Positions 28,268 through 38,700 of a stretch of DNA of 64,000 nt are shown piece by piece (the first letter of the stretch is position 1; each line of letters begins with the position of its first letter). Both the position numbers and the translations under genes were made by a program. Source of the stretch: Bacteroidales bacterium (lineage in GTDB: Bacteria > Bacteroidota > Bacteroidia > Bacteroidales > FEN-979); assembly GCA_963662525.1 (NCBI GenBank), contig OY759717.1, positions 1,237,670-1,301,669 on the forward strand. Reading direction: 5' to 3'. The notes beneath the pieces were generated by a model that had not been told where the DNA came from, made no database searches, and saw nothing but the letters and a program-made list of their open reading frames with translations.

Positions 28268-28954
28268 ATGGAAAATAAAGAAATCATCATTCTTCTGGTG
28301 GATGACGAAGCAGATATTCTTGAATTTCTCGGTTATAACCTGAGCCGGGAAGGTTATCAGGTACTGAAAGCCCGTTCAGGGAAAAAAGCCCTGAAACTGG
28401 CCAGGGAGTATAAGCCTCACCTTATCCTGCTGGATGTTATGATGCCCGAAATGGATGGTCTGGAAACCTGCAGGGAGATCCGGAAAATACCAGGACTTTC
28501 CGGTACGCTGATTGCATTTCTGACGGCAAGGGGTGAAGATTTTTCACAGATCGCGGGATTTGACGCCGGGGCTGACGATTATATCACCAAACCCATCAGG
28601 CCAAAACTCCTGATCAGTCGCATGCAGGCCATTCTCAGGCGGTTTAAGGAAGAACCACCGGAAACAGCCCTGATCCAGGTTAAAGATTTTACCATCGACC
28701 GGGATAAATATGTGGTCATTAAAAATGGGGAAGAAATTACTTTTCCACGTAAAGAATTTGAATTGCTGCAGTTCCTGGTCACACATCCGGGAAAAGTCCT
28801 CAACCGGGAAGAAATCTTTTCAGGCGTCTGGGGTGACGATGTAGTGGTGGGCGACCGTACCATCGATGTTCACATCCGCAGAATACGTGAAAAACTGGAA
28901 ACCGACAGCATCAAAACGATTAAAGGGGTAGGTTACAAATTTGAGGAATCATGA
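28268..28954 (+). CDS. OmpR/PhoB-family response regulator
   Basis: A receiver domain (DD..D..K pattern) plus a winged-helix C-terminus (..TIDVHIRRIREKL..GVGYKF). Confidence 0.9.
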   Translation: MENKEIIILLVDDEADILEFLGYNLSREGYQVLKARSGKKALKLAREYKPHLILLDVMMPEMDGLETCREIRKIPGLSGTLIAFLTARGEDFSQIAGFDAGADDYITKPIRPKLLISRMQAILRRFKEEPPETALIQVKDFTIDRDKYVVIKNGEEITFPRKEFELLQFLVTHPGKVLNREEIFSGVWGDDVVVGDRTIDVHIRRIREKLETDSIKTIKGVGYKFEES

Positions 28955-30015
28955 AATTCCATGATCCGAAATACCTGGCCCTGTTGAATGCCCTGATCGC
29001 TGCCGGGATTTATCTTTTATTGTTTTTCATTTCCTTCAGCTTTTTGTCAGAGACAGGTTTTTTTCACTGGAAAGTACTGCTGACTTTTATAGTCACTGCT
29101 TTGATCATCTTCTTCCTGACCTTCCTGATGTTCCGCTATACCATCGACCGGTTCATCTATAGCAAGATCCGGCTTATTTATAAATCGATTCACCGGGTTA
29201 AACTGGGAAAAGAGAATAAGCCCCGTTACAAAACGGATGATAACCTGCTGGAACATGTCCAGCAGGAGGTGGAACAGTGGAAGGCTGAAAAATCGACTGA
29301 AATCGAGCGCCTGACACAGCTTGAACAATACCGCAGGGATTTTATCGGTAATGTTTCCCATGAGCTGAAAACTCCGCTTTTTAATGTTCAGGGATATGTT
29401 TCCACGCTGCTTGACGGCGGACTGGAAGATCCATCTATTAACCGTGAATACCTGAAGCGAACTGAAAAAAGTGTGGAACGCCTGATCCGTATCGTGGAAG
29501 ATCTGGATGAGATAGCCCAGCTGGAATCCGGGCAGATGAGGCTTGAAATCATCCGTTTTGATATTGCAGCGCTGTTCAGGGAAGTGGTGGAAATGCTTGA
29601 CATGAAAGCCATCAAAAAAAACGTTCAGCTGATCGTCCATGAACCAGAAAAATCAATCTGGGTAGAAGGTGACCGGGAAAAAATCCGTCAGGTAATTACC
29701 AATTTAGTTGATAACACTATCCGCTATGGTAATCACGAAAACGGTCGGACAAAAGTGAGTTTTTTCGATATGGATGAGCATATCCTGATCGAAGTCACCG
29801 ATAACGGAATAGGCATAGACCAGGAAGACCTCCCAAGGGTTTTTGAAAGGTTCTACCGGACAGAACGTGGCAGGGCGGCTACCCGGAAAGGCAAAGGCTT
29901 AGGACTGGCCATCGTAAAGCATATTGTGGAAGCACACCATCAGAGCATTCATGTCAGAAGTACTATCGGAGTTGGAACTACGTTTGGGTTTACCCTGAAA
30001 AAAGGAAACAGTTAA
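28951..30015 (+). CDS. Sensor histidine kinase (HisKA + HATPase_c)
   Basis: Two TM segments, H-box SHELKTPL, N box NLVDNTIRY, and G boxes DNGIGI and GKGLGLAIV. It overlaps the RR gene by 4 nt. Confidence 0.9.
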   Translation: MKFHDPKYLALLNALIAAGIYLLLFFISFSFLSETGFFHWKVLLTFIVTALIIFFLTFLMFRYTIDRFIYSKIRLIYKSIHRVKLGKENKPRYKTDDNLLEHVQQEVEQWKAEKSTEIERLTQLEQYRRDFIGNVSHELKTPLFNVQGYVSTLLDGGLEDPSINREYLKRTEKSVERLIRIVEDLDEIAQLESGQMRLEIIRFDIAALFREVVEMLDMKAIKKNVQLIVHEPEKSIWVEGDREKIRQVITNLVDNTIRYGNHENGRTKVSFFDMDEHILIEVTDNGIGIDQEDLPRVFERFYRTERGRAATRKGKGLGLAIVKHIVEAHHQSIHVRSTIGVGTTFGFTLKKGNS

Positions 30016-30986
30016 GTATTTCTTTCGGTCGTGAAGATCACAAGCTCCTTCAGGGATTCACGGAACTGGTTATCGGGAAATGTCATCAGCATATCCAGGG
30101 CTTTCTGCCGGTATTCCATCATCTGTTCGCGGGCATATCTAATCCCTTCTGCCTGGACAACTTTTTCGATCAGCTGCCCTACCCTTTCGGCATCACTGCC
30201 ATGGTTCTTCACTGTATTGATGATCCATCTTTTTTCTGTAAAACCAGAGTTGTTCAGCAGATAAATGAGGGGCAGGGTCATTTTCTGATCACGGATATCG
30301 GTACCATCCGGTTTTCCGGTGGATTTATTCTTTTCATAATCAAAGAGGTCATCCTTGATCTGGAAGGCAATGCCCACATATTCCCCAAATTGCCAGAGCT
30401 TGTCGATGGTTTCCTGGTCTGCCCCGGTGGAAGCGCCTCCGCAGGCGCAACAGGAAGCAATCAGGGTAGCTGTTTTCTTCCGGATGATCTCAAAATAAAC
30501 ATCTTCCTGTATATCTAGACGGCGGGCCTTTTCGATCTGAAGCAATTCGCCTTCGCTCATTTCCCTCACGGCATTGGAAACGATTCTGAGCAGCTGAAAC
30601 TCATCGCTTTCAAGTGCCAGCAGCAGTCCTTTTGACAGCAGGTAATCCCCTACCAGGACTGAAATTTTGTTCTTCCACAAGGCATTCAGGGAGAAAAAAC
30701 CCCTGCGAAGGTTGGAATCATCCACCACATCATCATGCACCAAGGTGGCGGTATGCAACAATTCTATCATGGAAGCTGCCCGGTAAGTACTTTCTTTGAC
30801 CTCCCCGCATAAGCCGGCAGAAAAAAAGACAAACATGGGTCGCACTTGTTTGCCCTTTCGTTTGATGATGTAACGGGTAATGGTGTCGAGCAGGGGCACC
30901 GAGCTTTTCATCGATTTCCGGAACTTCCCCTCGAACAGGTCGATATGCTGCTGAATGGGGGCTTTTATTTGCTCGAGTTTGCTCAC
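30012..30986 (-). CDS. Polyprenyl diphosphate synthase (IspB-like)
   Basis: Contains the FARM motif DDVVDDS and the SARM motif KDDLFD. Confidence 0.85.
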   Translation of the reverse strand: MSKLEQIKAPIQQHIDLFEGKFRKSMKSSVPLLDTITRYIIKRKGKQVRPMFVFFSAGLCGEVKESTYRAASMIELLHTATLVHDDVVDDSNLRRGFFSLNALWKNKISVLVGDYLLSKGLLLALESDEFQLLRIVSNAVREMSEGELLQIEKARRLDIQEDVYFEIIRKKTATLIASCCACGGASTGADQETIDKLWQFGEYVGIAFQIKDDLFDYEKNKSTGKPDGTDIRDQKMTLPLIYLLNNSGFTEKRWIINTVKNHGSDAERVGQLIEKVVQAEGIRYAREQMMEYRQKALDMLMTFPDNQFRESLKELVIFTTERNT

Positions 30987-31047
30987 AAAGAAAATTCAAT
31001 TGGTAAAGTTACTCAATTTTATCAAATTTGCAGTTCAATCATCGAAC

Positions 31048-31824
31048 ATGGGTTTTCTGTTTCACGAAGTTGTTTTTGGACCGGTCAGAAGTCGTCGCCT
31101 GGGATTATCCCTGGGCATCAACCTGCTTCCCGCTCACTCGAAATTCTGCTCTTTCAATTGTATTTACTGCGAATGCGGTTGGACCCCGCCGGGACAGGAT
31201 GAACCGCAGCTCCTGCCGAAAAGAGAAGAAGTATACAGTTATCTCGAAGAAAGGCTGAAACAGCTGGTAGCTGAAGATTATCTTCCTGATGCCCTCACCT
31301 ATGCTGGCAATGGTGAACCTACCCTGCACCATGATTTTCCCGGGATCGTTCAGGATACCATCTTTCTTCGCGACAAATACGTACCTGAAGCAAAGGTGAC
31401 CGTTCTATCCAATGCCAGCCGCATTTCCGATCCCATGATTTTTAATGCCCAGCTGAGCCTCGATAACAACATTCTCAAACTCGACGCGGGATCTGAGCAG
31501 CTCTTCCGACTGATCAACAATCCGGTAAGCCCGATCGACTTTGATGAACTTGTGACAAACCTGGCTAAATTTGAAGGGAAAGTGATCATCCAGAGCATGT
31601 TTCTTCGTGGTTCCATTAACGGTCAGATCATCGATAACACCACGGAAGAGGCTGTTTCGGATTGGATCGGACAGTTAAAAAAGATCAGACCCAAACAAAT
31701 CATGATCTATGCCATTGCCCGTGACACGCCAGTACATAATCTTGCAAAGATTTCCCTTGCTGAACTTGATTCCATTGCTGAAAAAGTGAAAGTTTCGGGT
31801 TTTAATGTCAGTGTTTATTCCTGA
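31048..31824 (+). CDS. Radical SAM protein
   Basis: Contains the CxxxCxxC cluster CSFNCIYC. The ATG at 31048 is preferred over the upstream extension. Confidence 0.75.
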   Translation: MGFLFHEVVFGPVRSRRLGLSLGINLLPAHSKFCSFNCIYCECGWTPPGQDEPQLLPKREEVYSYLEERLKQLVAEDYLPDALTYAGNGEPTLHHDFPGIVQDTIFLRDKYVPEAKVTVLSNASRISDPMIFNAQLSLDNNILKLDAGSEQLFRLINNPVSPIDFDELVTNLAKFEGKVIIQSMFLRGSINGQIIDNTTEEAVSDWIGQLKKIRPKQIMIYAIARDTPVHNLAKISLAELDSIAEKVKVSGFNVSVYS

Positions 31825-31838
31825 GTCATCAACAATCC

Positions 31839-32243
31839 ATGAAAGACCTGTATTTTCCCGCAAAAATCTGGCTTGCCTTAGGAGAAGTGATTACCGGTAA
31901 TGTGGAAATTACCGAATGGCTGCTGAAAAACGGATATCCGGAAATCGCTGCATTGGGTCATGCCATAAGGGGAAGCGAGGAGGCTACTGCCTGGCTTTTT
32001 CAAAACAAATTTTATCACCTGGCTGCACTTGATGCCGCCATTGATGAGAACCAGCAGGCCTATGAGTGGCTGAAGCGAAACAACCATCCTTTCCTCATCG
32101 TATTTGCCGATGCCTGCCAGGCCAAACTCCAGGCCATTCAATGGTTTCATGAAAACAAACTGGAGGCCATCCTGATCATCGCCAGGAAGATCAAAGCCTT
32201 ACGCGATAGTCAAACTTTCGACTATCATAAGAAGCATTTTTAA
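31839..32243 (+). CDS. Hypothetical small repeat protein (134 aa)
   Basis: Four ~28-aa repeats with a conserved A..W(L/F)..N pattern (TEWLLKNGYP, ATAWLFQNKFY, AYEWLKRNNHP, AIQWFHENKLE). Confidence 0.55.
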   Translation: MKDLYFPAKIWLALGEVITGNVEITEWLLKNGYPEIAALGHAIRGSEEATAWLFQNKFYHLAALDAAIDENQQAYEWLKRNNHPFLIVFADACQAKLQAIQWFHENKLEAILIIARKIKALRDSQTFDYHKKHF

Positions 32244-32255
32244 AGGATCAAAGAT

Positions 32256-34931
32256 TTACCCGCATTTGGAGTATCCGCAGCTTTTGCAAACCAGGCAACC
32301 TTCCTGATATACCAGACCGTTCTCGTCCTTGCATTTCGGACAGGTACGTTCGGCAGCTTTGGTTCCGTCGGGGATGAATTTTTTCAGGGCTCTTTCCACG
32401 CCATTCTTCCAGGTATTGATGGTATCCACCTCAAAGTGCAGTTTGGAAATGATGTTGACCACGAAGGGAAGCGGCATTCCATGACGCAGGATGCCGGATA
32501 TCAGTTTGGCATAATTCCAGTATTCCTTGGTAAACGATCTGGAAAGTCCCTCTATGGTTATCTTGTAACCCTGCCGGTCTTCAAACTGGAAGTCGTAGCG
32601 TGAGGTAACGCCATCGGGTCGAGTCTTCACGATCCAGCCTTTCATTACCCATTGCGGGATCCAGAAGTCTTCGGAAAGTCCGGTGAATATCTCGTATGGC
32701 CTTCCGTTAAGCAAGCCCACCACGGCAATCCATTTTTCGTATTCATTCTGGAATCTCACGATCTCTGCTTCCAGCCTGTCGGGCCGGTGAGGCGCTTTGG
32801 TTTCGCGGAATTCGTTGGGATCGTCTTTTTTATCCTTAACTTCATTGTTCACCAGCACGCCGGCACGGGAACCATCGCGGTAAACGGTCATTCCCTTGCA
32901 ACCGACTTTCCAAGCCGTTTCGTAGATGTTTCCTATCAGTTCTTCCTTGGTTTCATTGGGTACATTCACGGTCACGCTGATGCTGTGGTCCACCCATTTC
33001 TGAACGGCTCCCTGCATCTTGACTTTGGCCAGCCAGTCAACATCGTTGGCGGTTGCCTTATAGAATGGCGATTGTTTGATGATGGGCTTCAGTTCCTTAT
33101 CATCCATATGCGAAACTTCATCCACATTGTAGCCGTTCACTTGCAGCCAGGTCACGAAGTTGTGGTGAAAAACGTTGTATTCTTCCCAGGTATCACCCAC
33201 TTCATCGGTGAACGTGATCACGACATTTTTATCGTTGGGATTTACCTTGCGACGACGTTTGTAAGAAACGGCAAATACCGGTTCCAGTCCTGAAGTGGTC
33301 TGGGTAAGGATACTTACCGAACCTGTGGGGGCGATGGTCAGCATGGCTACGTTGCGGCGTCCGTACGCTGCCATGTCCTCATAAACATCAGGTGCTGCTT
33401 CTTTCAGCCGCAGGATAAAAGGATTATTTTTTTCTCTTTCTGTATTGTAAAGCGGGAAAGCGCCACGTTCCCGGGCCATGGTGACAGAAGAACGATAAGC
33501 TTCTATGGTCAGAATTTTATGAACCTCCACGGAGAAGTCGGTGGCATCATCGGATCCATAGCGGGTTCCGAGGGCGGCAAGCATATCTCCTTCGGCGGTG
33601 ATACCGAAACCGGTACGGCGACCCTGGATGGCTTTCTCTTTAATATTAACCCAGAGATTGTGTTCCCTTGATTTTATATTATCTTTTTCAGGATCTGAAT
33701 CTATTTTAGCCAGGATTTTATCCACTTTTTCCAACTCGAGGTCGATGATGTCGTCCATGATGCGCTGGGCTTTATGGACATGCTTGATAAACAAGTCGGA
33801 ATCGAAACTGGCATCGGGAGTGAAGGGCTTGTCAACATAATTATAGAGGTTGATGGCCAGCAGCCGGCAGCTATCGTAGGTACAAAGCGGTATCTCCCCG
33901 CAGGGATTGGTCGACAAAGTGCGGAAACCCTGGTCGGCATAGCAATCCGGAAGGGATTCGCGGATGATGGTATCCCAGAAAAGGATTCCTGGCTCAGCTG
34001 ATTTCCAGGCATTGTGTACGATCTTGCTCCAGAGGTCCCGGGCACGGATCTTACGGGTCACTGCCGGATTGGGCGAATTGATGGGAAAGCGCTGGGTAAA
34101 TTCGCCATCTTCCACCACGGCCTGCATGAATTCATCGGTAATTTTCACGGAGATATTGGCTCCTGTAACTTTCCCTGCCTCCAGTTTGGCGTCGATAAAT
34201 TGCTCGGCATCCGGATGCAGTACTGAGATACTCAGCATCAGGGCGCCGCGCCGGCCTTCCTGGGCAACTTCCCGCGTGGAGTTTGAATATCTTTCCATGA
34301 AAGGAACGATACCGGTCGATGTAAGAGCGCTATTTTTAACGACACTGTGTTTCGGACGGATATGGGAAAGGTCATGACCCACTCCACCCCTGCGTTTCAT
34401 CAATTGTACCTGTTCCTCGTCGGTTTTCATGATGGCGCCGTAGGAATCGGAAGCGCCGTCGTTGCCGATGACAAAACAATTCGACAGGGACCCGATCTGG
34501 AAATCATTGCCGATTCCGGCCATGGGGCTACCTTGGGGAACGATATATTTGAAATGCTGCATGAGGCTGAAGATCTCGTCTTCGCTCATGGGATTGGGAT
34601 ATTTATTTTCAATGCGGGCCAGTTCCCGGGCGATCCTGCGGTGCATGTCGTCGGGAGTGATCTCAAATAACTGGCCTTCGGAGTTCTTAAGGGCGTATTT
34701 ATTTACCCAGACGTTGGCTGCCAGGCTGTCGCCCTTAAAATATACGGTCGACTTTTCCAGCGCTTCGGCAAAGGTATAGGTCTTTCTTTCCGCTTCTTTC
34801 TTTCCTGTAGGTTTTTCTTTCATCGTTAAATCATCCAGCGAAATTTTCGGACGTATCCGCTTCGCCAGCACCTCATCGTAATAGTCAGATTTCGTTTCCT
34901 GATCTGTATTGACCATGGGGTTTTCTTCCAT
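32256..34931 (-). CDS. nrdJ: Class II (adenosylcobalamin-dependent) ribonucleotide reductase
   Basis: RNR catalytic blocks (..SNCFV.., ..NPCGEI.., ..TIAPTGS..) and a C-terminal Cys-rich tail (CPKC..CLVCKSCGYSKCG). Confidence 0.85.
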   Translation of the reverse strand: MEENPMVNTDQETKSDYYDEVLAKRIRPKISLDDLTMKEKPTGKKEAERKTYTFAEALEKSTVYFKGDSLAANVWVNKYALKNSEGQLFEITPDDMHRRIARELARIENKYPNPMSEDEIFSLMQHFKYIVPQGSPMAGIGNDFQIGSLSNCFVIGNDGASDSYGAIMKTDEEQVQLMKRRGGVGHDLSHIRPKHSVVKNSALTSTGIVPFMERYSNSTREVAQEGRRGALMLSISVLHPDAEQFIDAKLEAGKVTGANISVKITDEFMQAVVEDGEFTQRFPINSPNPAVTRKIRARDLWSKIVHNAWKSAEPGILFWDTIIRESLPDCYADQGFRTLSTNPCGEIPLCTYDSCRLLAINLYNYVDKPFTPDASFDSDLFIKHVHKAQRIMDDIIDLELEKVDKILAKIDSDPEKDNIKSREHNLWVNIKEKAIQGRRTGFGITAEGDMLAALGTRYGSDDATDFSVEVHKILTIEAYRSSVTMARERGAFPLYNTEREKNNPFILRLKEAAPDVYEDMAAYGRRNVAMLTIAPTGSVSILTQTTSGLEPVFAVSYKRRRKVNPNDKNVVITFTDEVGDTWEEYNVFHHNFVTWLQVNGYNVDEVSHMDDKELKPIIKQSPFYKATANDVDWLAKVKMQGAVQKWVDHSISVTVNVPNETKEELIGNIYETAWKVGCKGMTVYRDGSRAGVLVNNEVKDKKDDPNEFRETKAPHRPDRLEAEIVRFQNEYEKWIAVVGLLNGRPYEIFTGLSEDFWIPQWVMKGWIVKTRPDGVTSRYDFQFEDRQGYKITIEGLSRSFTKEYWNYAKLISGILRHGMPLPFVVNIISKLHFEVDTINTWKNGVERALKKFIPDGTKAAERTCPKCKDENGLVYQEGCLVCKSCGYSKCG

Positions 34932-34987
34932 GCTTATGTTTATTAATGGTAATTAATATTTTATTAATCTGCTGTACCTATGAACAC

Positions 34988-35001
34988 TACAATAAATTGT
35001 A
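34988..35001. promoter_or_regulatory. 14-bp palindrome TACAATAAATTGTA in the nrdJ upstream region (candidate operator)
   Basis: The arms TACAAT/ATTGTA are a perfect inverted repeat, 57-70 nt upstream of the nrdJ ATG. Confidence 0.2.
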
Positions 35002-35299
35002 CGGGGGCTTTTTTGATGAGGCAATATACAACGAAGAAATATTTCAGGGTAATTTAGTTATTAACAGAAATGAACCATCGTTGTTAATTCGCTGACTTAA
35101 AAAAACATATCATTTGATAATTAAGGAGAGGGGGATGCCGTCTAAGTTTGCCTCGATTTAAGTTATTAAATAGCTGTTTTTAAATAAATTACACGAAGTC
35201 ATATTGACTCAAACACCATCTTTTCCCGAATAGCTCTTTTCACCTGTAATAAAGGTATTTACTATTTGGTTAAAATAATCAAACAGTAATACCCGGCAG

Positions 35300-35746
35300 T
35301 CATGAAGGATCCTCATGAATTTCCCAGATCAGCTTCTTCCCGAATCCCAGGCGGTTGTCGGTCATCTTGATAAAGCCGGGAGTGAGGGACCAGAGGTGGA
35401 GGGTGATCAGGCGGGCAAAGGGAAAAGCTTTGAGATAGGCTGCCCGGCTTTCCTTAAGCGTTTCTCCGCGAAGTTCCTCCAGTATGCCGGTAAACTGGAT
35501 GCCACGGATCTTGCCGACTATCCTGGTTTCCAGGGCGATGGTTCCGGCGGCCCGGTAATTCCTGCCTTCCACTACATCTTTCACATGCCGGGTATCGTGG
35601 TCGGAAGTAAAGATAAAGCGGTTCTGCTCCGGCATGTAGGCATAATAGCAGGTGGCACAATAGGGCTGGTTATCGCGTGAAACGGCCAGGTTCAGGATAT
35701 GATGCTCAGAAATGAATTTCAGTATGCGCGGGTCAACAGGATTCAT
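35300..35746 (-). CDS. Pyridoxamine 5'-phosphate oxidase-like (YhbP/UPF0306-like) protein
   Basis: The start was trimmed to the ATG at 35746, one base after the upstream gene's stop codon (35748-35750). The PNPOx-like split-barrel resemblance is weak. Confidence 0.55.
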   Translation of the reverse strand: MNPVDPRILKFISEHHILNLAVSRDNQPYCATCYYAYMPEQNRFIFTSDHDTRHVKDVVEGRNYRAAGTIALETRIVGKIRGIQFTGILEELRGETLKESRAAYLKAFPFARLITLHLWSLTPGFIKMTDNRLGFGKKLIWEIHEDPS

Positions 35747-35747
35747 A

Positions 35748-38700
35748 TCAAAAGTCAAGGCTAAGTGAAAAATAAAATACCGGTTTTCTGACCCTTCCGT
35801 CTTCCACACCCCAGGCCACATCGGCCCGGAGAAAATAGCCGAAAAGCCGGGTTCGGGCTCCGAATCCGAATCCTTCCACCAGGGGTTCCTTTTGCATCTC
35901 CACTTTAATGAATAAAGGATTCCGGTAAATATACTGGGTAAAGAGGGGATTGTCGGACGACCATGGACTCCATCCGTTCCAGGCTGTCCCAATATCCCCG
36001 AATGCCACGATCTGGAAGTTGTTCAAAAAATCGGAACGGATCGGTCGATTATAAAAATAACGGAAGACCGGCCAGCGGAGTTCGGTATTGAAAACGACAA
36101 AGCTGTTCCCATTGCGAATATTCTGGTTAAAACCCCGCATATTGGTGGCCAGGGTCTGGAAGGCATAATTCTGATCATTCGAGATGGGCGTGTTCAGGTT
36201 AAAACTCGGGAACAACCAGTTATCGACCCCACCCATATAATACAGCAGTTTATCACTTCCGAAAGAAGTGCTTGCCGCCAGGCGGTTGGCCCAGACCAGG
36301 GTACGGTGGATCTTCTGGTAATTGCGGAAATCCATCCCCAGAACAATACAGTTATTGCCTTTGGTATTTACCATCTGGTAATATTCCCCGAAAAACTTAT
36401 AGCGTGTTCCCTGGTAGAGGTTGAGTCCCAGATTCCGGGTATTGTCATAGGTCAGTTCACCTTTAATGCTGCCCCAAACCTGGTTCACATCCGGTTCCGC
36501 GAGGTTGATCTGGTCGGTGGAGAGATAAACGGCCCTGTCCCAGCGAACCGAAGCAGTACCCTTGATATTCAGAACCGGGGTAAAAGGATAGGTGGCAACA
36601 TAATACAGCTCATGGATCTTATGCCGGATAATGGAATAATATCCGTATTCTTCAACCGCTTTCCGGTGGAATGTGATCTGGTGGTCCAGCCTCCGGCGGT
36701 TATTGGAATAGCTGAATAAATACTCATTGTTGATAAGATTGAAATTCACCCTCACCCCTCCGGTGAGGCGGTAATCTTCCATCAGGTCGGTGATCCCCAC
36801 CATGAACAAGCCATTCAGTCCGGGATTGATAAAAACCGGAACAGAGCTGCCGGTGAAGGGTTGGTAAGCAAAATTGAGATAGGTAAAATCAATCTGGGTC
36901 ACCATCTGATCAATGTAGTATTCAACATTGTAATTCAGCTGTTTCGCGAATTTATATTTGTTAAGCGTATCTTTTGGCTTGTCTTTTGAAAAGCGGGAAC
37001 CCCTCCAGGCTGAATCACTGAGTATGATCATTCTGTTAAGATCGGCAATCCTGTCGGGTAATCGGATTGAATCTCCTTTGACCATTTTTACTTGTGGGAT
37101 CTCACTTACCCTGACAGAATTAAAGTGTTTCTTTTTCCCCCGGGTTCCGACTTCTGATGCCCGAAGCGTACTGTCGGTTTTCTGTTCCACAACTTTTTTT
37201 TCTACCGCCCTGGTTTTCCTGTCCTTGAACCAGGTAGGCTGAAGGGTCTTTTTTTCTACCTGCCCGGGACGAATAAGATCGCTGGCAAACATCCTGAAAT
37301 TTCGGTTGATAAAAACGATTTCAGCTATTTTTGCAGCCTTCAGTGAAACATCCTGTTCAAGAATATTCCTGGAATAATTGGTCACGGGATAAGCAGTAGT
37401 GAAGTAACGATAATGAGTAGTGGTATCCACCAATGAGATGGCGCTGTCGAAACGGGCCAGGTAACGATTGATGATGCCACTCTCATCGGCCAGGAAGGTA
37501 AAATAATTCTCCCCATATGCCATGGGTTGTGATTCGTTGATCTCAGGAGTACGGGTTAGCCTTTGCAACACGTTCCTTCTGGCGCTGTAATGATAAAGGA
37601 AAACATCATTATTGAACTGAAGTTTATTGATATCTAACGGTTCATCGAATCTCAGGGTATCGTTGGGTCTGTTGGAGGAAAAAATGATATCAGCGGAATG
37701 GTTATAGAAACGGGGATTCAGATCGTTGTATAGATCTTTGGTCAGCTGTTCATGAGAACCGGAAGCAATGTTATATACGAAGATATCGGATTGTCCTTTC
37801 TGAACCGCTGAAAAAACCAGCGAAGCCCCATCGTCGGAATATGATATGTCGAGGATTTTATCAAAATTGTAAAGGATCTGCCGCTCAAATGATTTCTCTT
37901 CGATATTATAAAGGTATAGAAAGCACTCTCCTTTTCTTTCTGTCAGGATGGCCAGGATTTTTCCACTGGGGTGCCATGCCAGGATGGGGAATGTTTCATC
38001 GGGGCGATCGGCAATACGGTAACCTCCGCGGAAAATTCTTTTTTTCTTACCGGTTTCCAAGTCCTGTAGGAAGACTTTGTGGATCCCCAGTTCATGGGTG
38101 CAAAAAGCTATCATGTCGCCTTCGGGATCGAGTTTCAATTGATTGTACAACCTGTCGGGTTTCTTTTTTACATTGAGCGGATTCTCCGCAGGAGCTGTGC
38201 GACCGGTTTCCTGGGTGCTGTAAAGATCCTTGTAAAAAGCCAGCCATTCTTCAGCTACAGCTTTGAATGAAGCGCCTATGGCATACTGGAATCCTTTTTC
38301 CACATTACGGCCAAGGCGGGCCATGTAAACAATATTCGGGATGGATGCTTCCCCGTATTTCGTGGCAATATAATGCCAGAGTGAATGACCCGCATAAGTA
38401 GCATCTTCACCCGTCAGACTGTTGAACTTGCGATACTGCCCGCTCAGGATTGCATCCCTGACATGATTCTCAATTTCCGCATCCCACTTTCTGGAAAGGT
38501 AGGATATCAGTCCGTTCATGTACCATTCCGGCATCGTATAAATAGCATTGTTTTTAATCTGGGCGCCTATTCCGGTACCATACATCATGTTGTTGAGGAT
38601 CACCTGGGCAATACCCGCGCGGATCTGCTGCTCGAAATGATCGTAATTCCCATCGAAAAAAACCAGCACCCTACCCCCGATAATACGTGTAACACCACCT

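Noticed and set aside
34981-35002. NrdR box or cobalamin riboswitch upstream of nrdJ.
   Set aside because: Only the left half (ACACTA) resembles the NrdR consensus as I recall it, and there is no second box at the usual spacing. No B12-box-like GCCACTG element appears on the sense strand.
35121-35161. Strong Shine-Dalgarno-like AAGGAGAGGGGG followed by an 8-codon ORF (MPSKFASI).
   Set aside because: It is too short, it sits on the strand opposite the only nearby gene's leader, and SD-led initiation is atypical for this phylum. It is probably chance.
35747-35992. Upstream 82-codon extension of the PNPOx-like ORF (35300..35992).
   Set aside because: It overlaps the 3' end of the 1111-aa gene in another frame and has odd composition. 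The ATG at 35746 sits one base after that gene's stop codon (35748-35750).
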